Origin: Candidatus Microgenomates bacterium
GTDB taxonomy: Bacteria > Patescibacteriota > Microgenomatia > UBA8517 > JACQJR01
Reading direction: 5' to 3'
Assembly: GCA_016204995.1 (NCBI GenBank)
Contig: JACQJR010000001.1
Span: forward strand, 92,548-156,547
Length of the DNA: 64,000 bases
The position numbers and the translations under genes were made by a program. Shown in pieces: positions 8,576-17,658 of this stretch (positions are counted from its first letter, which is position 1; every line of letters starts with the position of its first letter). The notes below the pieces were generated by a model, which was given only the letters and a program-made list of their open reading frames with translations, was not told the origin of the DNA and did not search any database.

Positions 8576-9724
8576 CTACAGTTTTTCCGCCATTTTGACC
8601 AGCTCGTCAAATTTAAGTTTTCTGGAGGCCTTAAGAAGCATCACTACATTTCTATCCAAGCTATCTTTAATAGCCTTTTTTAAAATGTTTTCGCTAGGAA
8701 CAATAATAATTTGGTTATTTTTCATACCGCCGTTTCTTGCCCCTTCCACCAAAAATGGAGCAAATTGGCCAAAGCAGATTAAATTATCTATCTTTTTTTT
8801 AGCTACCCATTCCCCTACTTCTTGATGTCCCTTCTCTGTATAATCTCCCAGTTCCAACATATCTCCTAAAACCGCTGCAGTTTTTTTACCTTTACCAACC
8901 TCTATTAAGGTATCTATGGCCGCTTTGGCTCCTAAAGGACTACTATTATAAGTATCATCCAGAATGATGGCACCGCTTTTGGTAGTAACTGGTTGCAGCC
9001 GGTGAGGGGTTGGAATAAAACTTTCTAAACCCAACTTAATATCTTCAGGCTCTACATTAAAGGACAAACCGACAGCGGCGGCAGCCAAAGCTGCATAAAC
9101 AAAATGGGCCCCTAAAACTGGTAGAGTAATTTCAATTAATTGTTGATCAAAATTTAAGGTGAAAGTGGTTTGTAAATTAATAACTTTAATGTCTTGCGCT
9201 TTTATCTCACAACCGCGCCCTAAACCATATAAAATAACTTTAGCTTTAGTTTTTTCTGAAATCTGCTTAACTAACCGGTCATCTCCATTAACGATAGCTA
9301 AACCCTTTTGGGAAAGACCGGCAATTAATTTGCCCTTTTCGCGAGCAACTCCCTCAATATCACCAAAAAATTCTGTGTGGGTCCAATAAATATTAGTCAA
9401 AATGCCGATATCTGGTTTAGAAAGGGCTAGATAAAAATCCATATCCCCCTTATGGTCTACTCCCATTTCCAAAACTAGAACTTTAGTACCAGGGGTCGTC
9501 TTAAGAATAGTGGTAGGAATATTGTAAACCGGATCAATATTGGCGTAAGAGACACGTATTTTATATTTTTGCGACAACACAGAAGCAACCATTTCTTTAG
9601 TGGTAGTTTTTCCCACGCTGCCAGTAATGCCGATTACTTTTATGTCAGTAAATTTCTTTAGAAAAAATAAATAATTTTTTGCCAGTTGTCTTTTAACGGG
9701 ATGGTAAATTAGTTTTTTAATCAT
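8576..9724 (-). CDS. murF: UDP-N-acetylmuramoyl-tripeptide--D-Ala-D-Ala ligase (short N-terminus)
   Basis: GITGSVGKTTTKE, LEMG, DDTYNSSP, LGDMLELG and LKASR motifs. ATG at 9724 forms an ATGA overlap with the upstream stop. Confidence 0.95.
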   Translation of the reverse strand: MIKKLIYHPVKRQLAKNYLFFLKKFTDIKVIGITGSVGKTTTKEMVASVLSQKYKIRVSYANIDPVYNIPTTILKTTPGTKVLVLEMGVDHKGDMDFYLALSKPDIGILTNIYWTHTEFFGDIEGVAREKGKLIAGLSQKGLAIVNGDDRLVKQISEKTKAKVILYGLGRGCEIKAQDIKVINLQTTFTLNFDQQLIEITLPVLGAHFVYAALAAAAVGLSFNVEPEDIKLGLESFIPTPHRLQPVTTKSGAIILDDTYNSSPLGAKAAIDTLIEVGKGKKTAAVLGDMLELGDYTEKGHQEVGEWVAKKKIDNLICFGQFAPFLVEGARNGGMKNNQIIIVPSENILKKAIKDSLDRNVVMLLKASRKLKFDELVKMAEKL

Positions 9725-10455
9725 ACTTTTAGAAAAGTTTTGGCCCACATATCAATTTCGCCCGCTATGGCTGCCGGCCGATGATAAGGCAAACTGTGTC
9801 CAATATTTTTAAATACCTTCAGAATAGACTTGGAAATTTGAGCTTTGGTTTGGTAAGCCAATGCTGGCGGTAAAATTTTATCACTTCCTCCCCAAAGTAT
9901 CAGCACTGGCATGGCAAGTTTTCCTAAATTATAGTAATTATCTCCTGAACGGATGCTGCGTAAAATAAGCCTATTCCAAAAACCACTAGGCATTTCATAA
10001 TAGTGCGACAAAACCCACTTTCTAATATTAGGAAACCAGATTAACATACCACCTAATAATTTATAAAAAAAGTGTTTTAGTGATGATGGAGAGGAAACAG
10101 TAGAGGAGCAAATTACTAATCCCCTTACATTTTTATCACCTAAGGCTAGCGCTGTGGCCACTCTACCACCAAAAGAATGACCAAAAACTATATAAGGCAG
10201 ATTTCCCCATTTGTCTTTGACAAAATTACTAATCACAGTCTTATAACCATCGGTTGTTAAAGGAATCTCCGGCTTAAACGATTTGCCAAAACCAGGTAAA
10301 TCAACCGCTAAAACATGCCATCCTTTTTTGACTAGATCACGAGCTAAAGGCCTAAACTTTTCTTTATCCACTGCCCAACCATGAATCAACACAATATTTT
10401 TCTCTCCCTGCCTGCGCAGGCAGGCCTCGCCTAATTCAAAATAACTTAATTCCAC
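9721..10455 (-). CDS. Alpha/beta-fold hydrolase
   Basis: LIHGW, DLPGFGKS, GHSFGG nucleophile elbow, WGGSD and GH triad motifs. Confidence 0.93.
   Translation of the reverse strand: MELSYFELGEACLRRQGEKNIVLIHGWAVDKEKFRPLARDLVKKGWHVLAVDLPGFGKSFKPEIPLTTDGYKTVISNFVKDKWGNLPYIVFGHSFGGRVATALALGDKNVRGLVICSSTVSSPSSLKHFFYKLLGGMLIWFPNIRKWVLSHYYEMPSGFWNRLILRSIRSGDNYYNLGKLAMPVLILWGGSDKILPPALAYQTKAQISKSILKVFKNIGHSLPYHRPAAIAGEIDMWAKTFLKV
10407..10424. repeat. 18-bp perfect palindrome CCTGCCTGCGCAGGCAGG, in-frame in the hydrolase gene
   Basis: Exact self-reverse-complement; encodes ACLRRQ; removal restores ELGEGEKNIVLIHGW. Confidence 0.95.
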
Positions 10456-11354
10456 ACATCCCCTTCAAAACCAATTAATTGAACTTCTGGTTCAAGAGCA
10501 ATCCCAAATTTTTCCTGCACTTTTTGTCTATAAACTTTCGCCAGTTTCACGAAATCTGCCGCCGTGCCACCGCCACTATTGATAAATAAATTACCATGCC
10601 AGGTAGCAATTTCTACCCCATCTTCCCGCGCTCCTTTGGCCCCGACTTCTTCCAATAACCAACCTGCCGGAATTTTACCAAACATAATCTTATCCGCCGG
10701 AATTCTGTCTAAAATATCCTGCGTTAATTTAGCCGCTTCTACATTTTTGAAAAAACTGCCGGGACAAGCGAGACCCGGATGATATCTAATTAATCTCTGT
10801 TGCATAATTTCTTGTGACGTTTTAATTAATTGAACACTATCTGCCGTGGCCGTTATATCAAATGCCGCCTCTAAAATAATTTCTCCAGTTTCTTTAAATC
10901 TGCTATGACGGTAAGATAAATTACATTCCGCGCGAGTGTATTTTTTTAGTTGATCCTCATGTGAATCGTATATCTGTACCCATAAAATTTTATCGGCAAT
11001 AGTTTGGCCGTAAGCTCCAGCATTGCCATAAATAGCTCCGCCAATTGTGCCGGGAATACCAACTAGCTTCTCAAAACCAGCTTTGCCTTTTTCATTAGCC
11101 CATTCCACAAGTGTTGCCAAATCAGTCCCCGATCCCACCGCCTCATTGATGGCAGTATAGGAATTTTTGATGACCAGTCCTTCAAAACCGCTGTCTGCCA
11201 CCAATAAATTACTGCCTCCGCCGATCACCAAGTAGGGCATTTGACCAGTTTGAGCTTTTCTAATTTCTTCTACCAGCCCTTCCTTAGTCTTTGCCTCTAC
11301 CAATTCGCGAATATGGCCGCCAATTTTAAGAGTAGTGATTTCGGAAAAGTTCAT
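10446..11354 (-). CDS. murB: UDP-N-acetylenolpyruvoylglucosamine reductase
   Basis: GGGSNLLV, GIPGTIGGAIYGNAGAYG, YRHSRFK, GSFFKN and LEPEV motifs. Confidence 0.97.
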   Translation of the reverse strand: MNFSEITTLKIGGHIRELVEAKTKEGLVEEIRKAQTGQMPYLVIGGGSNLLVADSGFEGLVIKNSYTAINEAVGSGTDLATLVEWANEKGKAGFEKLVGIPGTIGGAIYGNAGAYGQTIADKILWVQIYDSHEDQLKKYTRAECNLSYRHSRFKETGEIILEAAFDITATADSVQLIKTSQEIMQQRLIRYHPGLACPGSFFKNVEAAKLTQDILDRIPADKIMFGKIPAGWLLEEVGAKGAREDGVEIATWHGNLFINSGGGTAADFVKLAKVYRQKVQEKFGIALEPEVQLIGFEGDVWN

Positions 11355-12664
11355 TTAATTAAATGATATATTTGAAAAATATCGCCCGCACCTAATGTTA
11401 AAACTATATCACCAGGTTTAACATTAGTCTTAATCCATGATAGTATCGCCTTTTTGTCACCCGTATAAAAAGTATTGGTATGATTTTTCTTAATCTCTTC
11501 TGTTAATAATTCTCCTGACATACCTAAATCATCTGTTTCGCGAGCTGAAGCATATATATCCATAATTGCTACCATATCGGCATCACTAAAACTTCTTGAA
11601 AATTCAGATAGTAACGTCTTGGTTCGGGAATAAGTATGCGGTTGAAAAATTGCTACCAACCTCTTTTCTGGAAAATTTTGCTTAACTGCCGAAAGTACTG
11701 ATTTAATTTCGTGGGGAGTATGGGCATAATCATCATAAAAATCTGCTCCACGAAATTTCCCCATTTTTTCAAAACGGCGTCTCGTTCCAGTAAATTTTAC
11801 CAGTCCCTTTTTAATTTTTTCCTCACTTATATCGTAAAATCTAGCCACTTCGGCGGCTGCCGAGGCGTTTAATTGATTGAAATCTCCCAACACTTTAAGT
11901 TTAAAGTCACTCAAAGTATAATTTTTTACTGGGATAGATAAATTTTTAATTATTTCCATTATATTTTGATTATTTTCATTGGCAATTAATAATCCATCTG
12001 GTGGAACTTTGGCAAAAAATTCGCTAAAAGCTTTTTTGGTATCTTCTATGGTTGGATAAATATCCGGATGGTCGTGTTCAATATTAGTCGCTACTATCAC
12101 TTTGGGTGATAATAAAGAAAAACGTGGTCTATTATCTACCCCCGGTGAAATAGCAAATTCATCCGCCTCGGCCACAAACACTTTTCCTTCTTTATCATAT
12201 TTACCTGGTGCGCCTAATGAGTGGATATCACCAACACCTATTGCAAAGGAGGGGTGTAATCCGGCCGCCGCAAAAATATTAGCAATCATGGCCGAAGTAG
12301 TTGATTTACCACCCACCCCGCAAACGGCGATTGTTTCTTTACCACTTGCAAATTCTGCTAGAGCTTCAGCGTGAGTCATAACCGGAATTCCCATTTCGCG
12401 TGCCGCCACCACTTCGGGATTATTTAAACCACCATGAGCTCCAGTAGTAATTAATAATTCTGGTTTAGGCTTTAAATTTTCTTTATTAAAACCAATTTTC
12501 CAGGAAATTCCTCGCCTTTTTAGGGTTTCATCAGTCACAAACACCTCTGCTATATCACTACCAGTCACCTGAATTCCCAAATCTTGAGCACACAAGGCCA
12601 AAGCAGTCATACCGACTCCTTTAATCCCTGTAAAGTGGATAGTATGTAAGTTTTTTATATTCAT
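11351..12664 (-). CDS. murC: UDP-N-acetylmuramate--L-alanine ligase
   Basis: HFTGIKGVGM, GKSTT, EADE, DHPD, DDYAHTPHEI, FQPHTYSRT and LGAGDI motifs. Confidence 0.96.
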   Translation of the reverse strand: MNIKNLHTIHFTGIKGVGMTALALCAQDLGIQVTGSDIAEVFVTDETLKRRGISWKIGFNKENLKPKPELLITTGAHGGLNNPEVVAAREMGIPVMTHAEALAEFASGKETIAVCGVGGKSTTSAMIANIFAAAGLHPSFAIGVGDIHSLGAPGKYDKEGKVFVAEADEFAISPGVDNRPRFSLLSPKVIVATNIEHDHPDIYPTIEDTKKAFSEFFAKVPPDGLLIANENNQNIMEIIKNLSIPVKNYTLSDFKLKVLGDFNQLNASAAAEVARFYDISEEKIKKGLVKFTGTRRRFEKMGKFRGADFYDDYAHTPHEIKSVLSAVKQNFPEKRLVAIFQPHTYSRTKTLLSEFSRSFSDADMVAIMDIYASARETDDLGMSGELLTEEIKKNHTNTFYTGDKKAILSWIKTNVKPGDIVLTLGAGDIFQIYHLIK

Positions 12665-12677
12665 AAAAACAAATTTA

Positions 12678-12766
12678 AATTAACCAATTTCTAATTGTTC
12701 TAATTTCTAATCAAATCTCAATTCCCAAAATTTTAGGTCAATTAGGTTAATTAGAAATTAGAAATT
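12678..12766. repeat. CTAATT/AATTAG inverted repeat element, copy 2; supplies the last codons (ISNF) and stop of murE
   Basis: Reverse complement shares exact 18-bp (CTAATTGACCTAAAATTT) and 27-bp (GATTTGATTAGAAATTAGAACAATTAG) blocks with 31011-31064. Confidence 0.85.
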
Positions 12767-14079
12767 TTATCCCCCATTCTTTTTACCCCTCCTTTCAGCG
12801 ATACTCTGGCTGCTTCCTGATCTGACCAGGGGTATTCCATATTATCAATGGCCATAGATCTTTCGTGGCCTTTGCCGCAAAGAGCAACAATATCACCCGG
12901 GGCAGCTAATTTTTGAATTGCCAAGGCGATCGCTTCACCTCTTTCCGGTACTTTAACCACCCATTTCCCGCCTTTTCTCCAATTAGTCTGTCCGTCCCAA
13001 ACTTGAGCCTCTTGCCTAATACCGCGCGTTATATCATCAATAATCCGTTCCACATCTTCTGTCCGGGGATCATCAGCCGTCAGTATAATAAAATCAGCCA
13101 ACTTTGCGGCCGCCTTCCCCATCAAAGGACGCTTTCCTAAATCCCGTTGACCAGGACAGCCAAATGCCACAATTAGTTTACTCTTAGGAGGTTTTATTTT
13201 ACCCAGGGCTGTCAGTAAATTTTCCAAAGATCCCGGCGTATGAGCAAAATCCACTACCACAGTAAATTTTTTCCCTTCATTTATTACTTCCATTCTACCC
13301 CTTAAACCGGCAAAACTACTAACTGCCTCTCTAATTTTATCCCAAGCCACATTTAAACTTCTCACTGCTCCAGCCGCCGCTAAAATATTCGCCGCGTTAT
13401 ATTCACCGATCAATTTAGTCTGGAAATTCATACTTTTACCTTCTGCCTTAACCTCAAATTCCATTCCACCAGGAGTTAAGTTGACACTTTTATATACGAT
13501 CATAGCATGTTTTGATACATCATAAGAACCATAAGAGATGATTTTAGCATCACTACTAGCTTTTTGTTGTAAATAATCAAACGATGGGTCATCTTGATTT
13601 AACACTGCCACTTTAACTCCCCTTAATAATTTTGCTTTAGCCTCCCGATATCTCTCAAAAGTTTTATGATAATCAAGGTGTTCATGGGTGATATTAGTTA
13701 CTACTCCTATCTTAAAATTACCACCCAAGACCCGATGCTGGTCTAAACCATGCGAAGTGGTTTCTATCACGACGTGAGTGACACCTCTCTGCCGAGCTTG
13801 AGCAAGGATTGATTGCATAACCCGCGGATCAGGAGTAGTCACATGCAAACCGGTATCAATTTCTTCACCATCTAAAAACGCCCCTAAAGTAGAAATTACG
13901 GCTGTTTTATAGCCAGCAATACTTAAAATATGACCGATTAAATGAGTGGTGGTGGTTTTGCCATCAGTACCTGTTACTCCAATGACGGTCAAATCGCGAG
14001 CCGGATAGCCATTTTTAATAACCTGCCAAACAGCTGTTAAAAGATGCTGAAAATTCCGCCACCGGCCGTAGAGATTCAT
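12751..14079 (-). CDS. murE: UDP-N-acetylmuramoyl-dipeptide--diamino-acid ligase (short N-terminus)
   Basis: GVTGTDGKTTT, HVTTPD, ETTSHGLDQHR, EHLDYH, DFAHTP, DDPR and GKGHE motifs. Confidence 0.95.
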   Translation of the reverse strand: MNLYGRWRNFQHLLTAVWQVIKNGYPARDLTVIGVTGTDGKTTTTHLIGHILSIAGYKTAVISTLGAFLDGEEIDTGLHVTTPDPRVMQSILAQARQRGVTHVVIETTSHGLDQHRVLGGNFKIGVVTNITHEHLDYHKTFERYREAKAKLLRGVKVAVLNQDDPSFDYLQQKASSDAKIISYGSYDVSKHAMIVYKSVNLTPGGMEFEVKAEGKSMNFQTKLIGEYNAANILAAAGAVRSLNVAWDKIREAVSSFAGLRGRMEVINEGKKFTVVVDFAHTPGSLENLLTALGKIKPPKSKLIVAFGCPGQRDLGKRPLMGKAAAKLADFIILTADDPRTEDVERIIDDITRGIRQEAQVWDGQTNWRKGGKWVVKVPERGEAIALAIQKLAAPGDIVALCGKGHERSMAIDNMEYPWSDQEAARVSLKGGVKRMGDKISNF

Positions 14080-14091
14080 AGCTAAAGTATA

Positions 14092-15837
14092 TCATTGTGA
14101 AGGACTAATTCCTAAGTAAGGGAAAAGGTCGCGAGCGATCGCAAACCAGGTGGGGGCGGCGGTTTGCGAGGCCCAGGGAGAAGAAGAAGGCTCCTGCAAA
14201 CTGACCAGCATCACAAATTGGGGATTTTGAGCCGGGGCAAAACCAATGAAAGAGGCGACAGTTTTTTTGCTGTAGTGACCAGCTAAGGGAACTTGGGCTG
14301 TCCCAGTTTTTCCGGCCACCGCAAAACCGGGAATAGCCAATCGTCTGGCTTCCCCGAGTTGGACTGCTTTGGTCATCATCTCGCTAATTTCACTGGCGGC
14401 TTTTTCACTAATTACCCTACCTTCATCGCGAACGGGAATAGATTGCGACCAGCCATCCCCGGTAATTTTATCTACCACTCGCGGGATCGGTAAAATGCCA
14501 TGATTGGCAATGGCCGCGGCTGCCCGAGTAAATTGAATAGGCGTCACCGCCACTCCCTGGCCAAAAGCAGAAGTAGCTAAATCCACGCTCGTCCACGCAC
14601 TTAATGGCCGTAGAGTTGGACTTTCTTCTTCCTGCAGATCAATACCAGTAATTCGTCCTATACCAAAACGACTAAGATAATCCAACAGTTTTTCTTGACC
14701 CAAACGTCTCACAGTAAAAACCATACCAGTATTATCGGAATGGATAATAGTCTCGGCCATAGTGGTATTAGGAAAATATTTATTGTCCCCCGTATGAATT
14801 TGGTATTCTGCTACCGAAACCGGCCCAGAACAGTTATCGCACTTGGTCTTGGGAGTAACTGCTCCGCTATCAAGAGCTGCAGCCATCACCAAAATCTTAA
14901 AAATTGACCCTGGTTCAAAAGCGTCGCTGACAATTGGATTTTTAAATAAAGTTGGATCAGATTGATTGTATTTGGCGGCATCATAGGAAGGCAAACTAGC
15001 CGCCGCCAGAACTTCACCCGTTGGCTTCATCACCACTACACTGCCGCCTTTAGCCCCATATTTGTCCATTGCCTCCTGTAAATGTTTAACCGCGGTATAC
15101 TGAATTGTTCTATCAATAAAAGTCACAATATCCAACCCTTTTTGCGCCCCTATTTCGCTCAATAGCCCAAAAGGAATGGGGTTACCCCGTAAATCTTTTT
15201 CTTCTCGCCTGATACCCTTTTTGCCAGACAAAGTGACATCATAAAATCCTTCCAAGCCAAAATAACCTTCTTCCCCGGTTTCGCTTTTACCGACAAAACC
15301 CAATAAATGGGCTGCCATTGTCCCTTCGGGATAGTATCTGGACTCTTGAGCCGTCCAACCTAAATCATCAAAATGCAACCCGTTTATTTTATTTTTGGAC
15401 TCGTCAGACACTTTATCAGCCAGCGATACCCAACGTAAATCTTTATTTGCCAAAGCTTTTTTCAGTTTAGCCTCTTGAGTGGCCACCAAAACAACTCTGG
15501 CGCTACCCGTAGCTAACTGATCTTCGTTATCAGCCAGAAGAGAGGCTAAAATATGAGCTAAATCATCTTTGTTTTCTTTAATTTTTTGGGGATCAGTCCA
15601 CATCTGCCAGTTAATTTGGGAGGTGGCTAGCGGCGCTCCGTCACTAGCTAAAATTGCCCCCCGATGCGCACTAATTTCTACACTGGTTACGTGTTGGGCC
15701 CGAGCGTATTTTGATAACTCTCCATTTTTCAGAATCTGCCAGTAGAAAAGTCGTAAAATTAAGAGACTAAAGCAAATCAAAAAAAGAATATTTATCAGCC
15801 GAAAGCGACTATTAAACAATGATAACTCTTTGACCAT
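14092..15837 (-). CDS. ftsI: Class B penicillin-binding protein (FtsI/PBP2 family)
   Basis: N-terminal TM; RGAIL, RYYPEG, GLEG; SxxK (EPGSIFK), SDN and KTGTAQ motifs. Confidence 0.93.
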   Translation of the reverse strand: MVKELSLFNSRFRLINILFLICFSLLILRLFYWQILKNGELSKYARAQHVTSVEISAHRGAILASDGAPLATSQINWQMWTDPQKIKENKDDLAHILASLLADNEDQLATGSARVVLVATQEAKLKKALANKDLRWVSLADKVSDESKNKINGLHFDDLGWTAQESRYYPEGTMAAHLLGFVGKSETGEEGYFGLEGFYDVTLSGKKGIRREEKDLRGNPIPFGLLSEIGAQKGLDIVTFIDRTIQYTAVKHLQEAMDKYGAKGGSVVVMKPTGEVLAAASLPSYDAAKYNQSDPTLFKNPIVSDAFEPGSIFKILVMAAALDSGAVTPKTKCDNCSGPVSVAEYQIHTGDNKYFPNTTMAETIIHSDNTGMVFTVRRLGQEKLLDYLSRFGIGRITGIDLQEEESPTLRPLSAWTSVDLATSAFGQGVAVTPIQFTRAAAAIANHGILPIPRVVDKITGDGWSQSIPVRDEGRVISEKAASEISEMMTKAVQLGEARRLAIPGFAVAGKTGTAQVPLAGHYSKKTVASFIGFAPAQNPQFVMLVSLQEPSSSPWASQTAAPTWFAIARDLFPYLGISPSQ

Positions 15838-15840
15838 ACG

Positions 15841-16122
15841 TTACTTGGTCAAGTTTAAGGCTACTTCTGAAGAAGTCGCAAGATAAAGAACTTGTGGACT
15901 AACAAAACCTAAAGTTTCTGCTTGAGCAGCAGCAACTTTGAGAGATTCAGCCTGATAGATCCTGGTCATAATTTGGGAATTCTGAAAACTGAATTGGTTA
16001 GCTTGATCCTGTAAATCTCCCAAGGCCTTACCACTACTGGCGGCCATAAAACTAGCGGCGATTTGCGCGACGAGTAATACTCCTAATATAATTAAAGTTG
16101 GTTTATATAGTTTATCTATCAT
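15841..16122 (-). CDS. ftsL: FtsL-like cell division protein
   Basis: TM followed by a coiled coil and A..LGF motif; lies between rsmH and ftsI. Confidence 0.65.
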   Translation of the reverse strand: MIDKLYKPTLIILGVLLVAQIAASFMAASSGKALGDLQDQANQFSFQNSQIMTRIYQAESLKVAAAQAETLGFVSPQVLYLATSSEVALNLTK

Positions 16123-16123
16123 C

Positions 16124-17014
16124 TTAAATCCTTTCCGCTATCCTTAATTTGGCGCTTTTCGCGCGGGGATTAGCCGCAATCTCCGCCTGACTTGGCCTAA
16201 TTGGTTTTTTAGTCAAAATTTTTAAATTATCCATCGCTTCCTGTTCTTTAAAAAAATTTTTAATAATGCTGTCCTCTCCCGAATGAAAACTAATCACTAC
16301 CAGCCTTCCTCTCTTGCCTAAAATTTCTACCGCACCTTTTAATCCCTCTTTTAAATTTTCCAATTCTCTATTTACCGCTATCCTCAAGGCTAAAAAAATT
16401 AAAGCTAGCGGACTAATACTTCTTTTCCGGCCTGCCTGTACTCTATCAATTACCGCCACCAGATCGCGAGTTTCCTCAAACTTTTTTAGCTCTCTGGCGC
16501 GGACAATAGCACGAGCAATTGTGCCAGCCACGTTTTTCGGCACAGTTTGGCTAAATAATTCATTTAATTGATCCTCTCTTAAGCTGTTTAACAGGTCGGC
16601 TGCCGTTACACCTTGAGCTTGCGGATTCATTCTCATATCCAACAGGTTGCTTTGAGTGAAAGAGAAACCTCGCGCACTGCCAAGCTGCGTGCTGGATATG
16701 CCTAAATCAAACAGCACTCCATCTACGGGCACGAAATTATGCTCCTTAGCCACTTCGGTGATCTTTGCGAAATTAGAATGGGCAAAAACAACATCAGGAC
16801 TCGCCTGCGCAGGCAGGCAGGATAAAAGATGTTGTCTAGCCGTCTCCAAGGCTTCTTTATCCCAATCCATCGCCAGTACTCTGGCACCTTGTTCACAGAT
16901 AGCCCTGGTGTGTCCTCCGCCACCTAAAGTTGCGTCTATGTACCGACCTTGTTTTTTAATGTGCAAATAATCTACTACCTCTTTAATTAATACCGGGATA
17001 TGGTTACTTTCCAT
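16124..17014 (-). CDS. rsmH: 16S rRNA m4C1402 methyltransferase
   Basis: HIPVL, DATLGGGGH, FDLGISS, RGFSF, LDMRM, ALRIAVNREL, ISFHSGED and NPRAKSAKLR motifs. Confidence 0.97.
   Translation of the reverse strand: MESNHIPVLIKEVVDYLHIKKQGRYIDATLGGGGHTRAICEQGARVLAMDWDKEALETARQHLLSCLPAQASPDVVFAHSNFAKITEVAKEHNFVPVDGVLFDLGISSTQLGSARGFSFTQSNLLDMRMNPQAQGVTAADLLNSLREDQLNELFSQTVPKNVAGTIARAIVRARELKKFEETRDLVAVIDRVQAGRKRSISPLALIFLALRIAVNRELENLKEGLKGAVEILGKRGRLVVISFHSGEDSIIKNFFKEQEAMDNLKILTKKPIRPSQAEIAANPRAKSAKLRIAERI
16803..16821. repeat. Variant copy of the CCTGCCTGCGCAGGCAGG palindrome inside rsmH
   Basis: GCCTGCGCAGGCAGGCAGG; encodes SCLPAQA on the minus strand. Confidence 0.85.
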
Positions 17015-17447
17015 CTTCCCGCCTTTCCCTGTACAACTTTTCTATTTGAGCGCCCGCTTGATCCATAATCTCTTTTTCATGCTCTTCCCAAGCGTTTTTA
17101 TCCCAAATTTCCACCCTATTTCCTAAACCGGCAAAAATAACTTCTCGTTTGATTTTGGCGTAATTGCGTAATGAAAGTGGCACAATAAAGCGGCTTTGCT
17201 TATCCAATTCCAGTTCAAACGATCCGGCCAACAAAAACCTATCAGTGTCACGGGCAGATAGGGTGGCCAGTTCACCACCGGTAAGACGAGATACCAGCTG
17301 GCTCCAGGAATTTTTATCAACCAGCAGGATACAGCCTTCATACCAACGGCTAGCCACCAAATTGTTGCCCAGTTCGCTCCTAACTTTTTTAGGAACAGCC
17401 AGGCGGCTTTTTTCATCAAGTTTGGCAAAGTAAGCACCCAACAGCAT
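17004..17447 (-). CDS. mraZ: Division/cell wall cluster transcriptional repressor MraZ
   Basis: LDEKSRLAVP and LDKQSRFIVP duplicated AbrB-like motifs, G..VEIWD; first gene of the dcw cluster. Confidence 0.95.
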   Translation of the reverse strand: MLLGAYFAKLDEKSRLAVPKKVRSELGNNLVASRWYEGCILLVDKNSWSQLVSRLTGGELATLSARDTDRFLLAGSFELELDKQSRFIVPLSLRNYAKIKREVIFAGLGNRVEIWDKNAWEEHEKEIMDQAGAQIEKLYRERREDGK

Positions 17448-17461
17448 AATAATTGGGCAGG

Positions 17462-17476
17462 CCTGCCTGCGCAGGC
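17462..17476. repeat. Partial copy of the 18-bp palindrome in the mraZ 5' region
   Basis: CCTGCCTGCGCAGGC, flanked by TGGGCAGGC direct repeats at 17454 and 17491. Confidence 0.8.
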
Positions 17477-17520
17477 TAGAAGTTGGGGGATGGGCAGGCT
17501 AATCATGACTGAATGTGATG

Positions 17521-17556
17521 ATTTTCCCCCACTTTTCACCACTTTATACCATTTTG
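17521..17556 (-). promoter_or_regulatory. MraZ operator boxes overlapping a putative -10
   Basis: Minus strand reads AAAATGGTAT AAAGTGGTGA AAAGTGGGGG: three 10-bp-spaced AA(A/G)TGG repeats like known MraZ boxes; TGgTATAAA -10-like. Confidence 0.8.
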
Positions 17557-17579
17557 AAAGTTTTCACTGCGTTTGTCAA

Positions 17580-17606
17580 GGCCCAATCATGTAAACTGAT
17601 TGGGCC
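17580..17606. terminator. Hairpin downstream of 17659-18384 (terminator-like or REP-like)
   Basis: GGCCCAATCA-tgtaaac-TGATTGGGCC, a 10-bp perfect stem. Confidence 0.5.
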
Positions 17607-17609
17607 GCA

Positions 17610-17633
17610 GACCCTGAGCGAAGTCGAAGGGTC
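17610..17633. repeat. CCTGAGCGAA..GTCGAAGG element, copy 1
   Basis: GACCCTGAGCGAAGTCGAAGGGTC; related inverted copy at 41505-41535. Confidence 0.7.
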
Positions 17634-17658
17634 AATATTAAATATTATAGTGAGAAAA

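Noticed and set aside
16431-16438. CCTGCCTG half-site in rsmH (RVQAGRK)
   Set aside because: Only 8 bp; may be a decayed copy of the 18-mer but could be chance.
1-17447. Absence of murG, ddl, ftsQ/A/Z from the dcw cluster
   Set aside because: The window ends inside ftsW; these genes may lie just outside.
17123-17542. 139-aa minus-strand ORF overlapping mraZ
   Set aside because: Different frame over a clear mraZ and starts within the operator boxes; noted only as a possible uORF.
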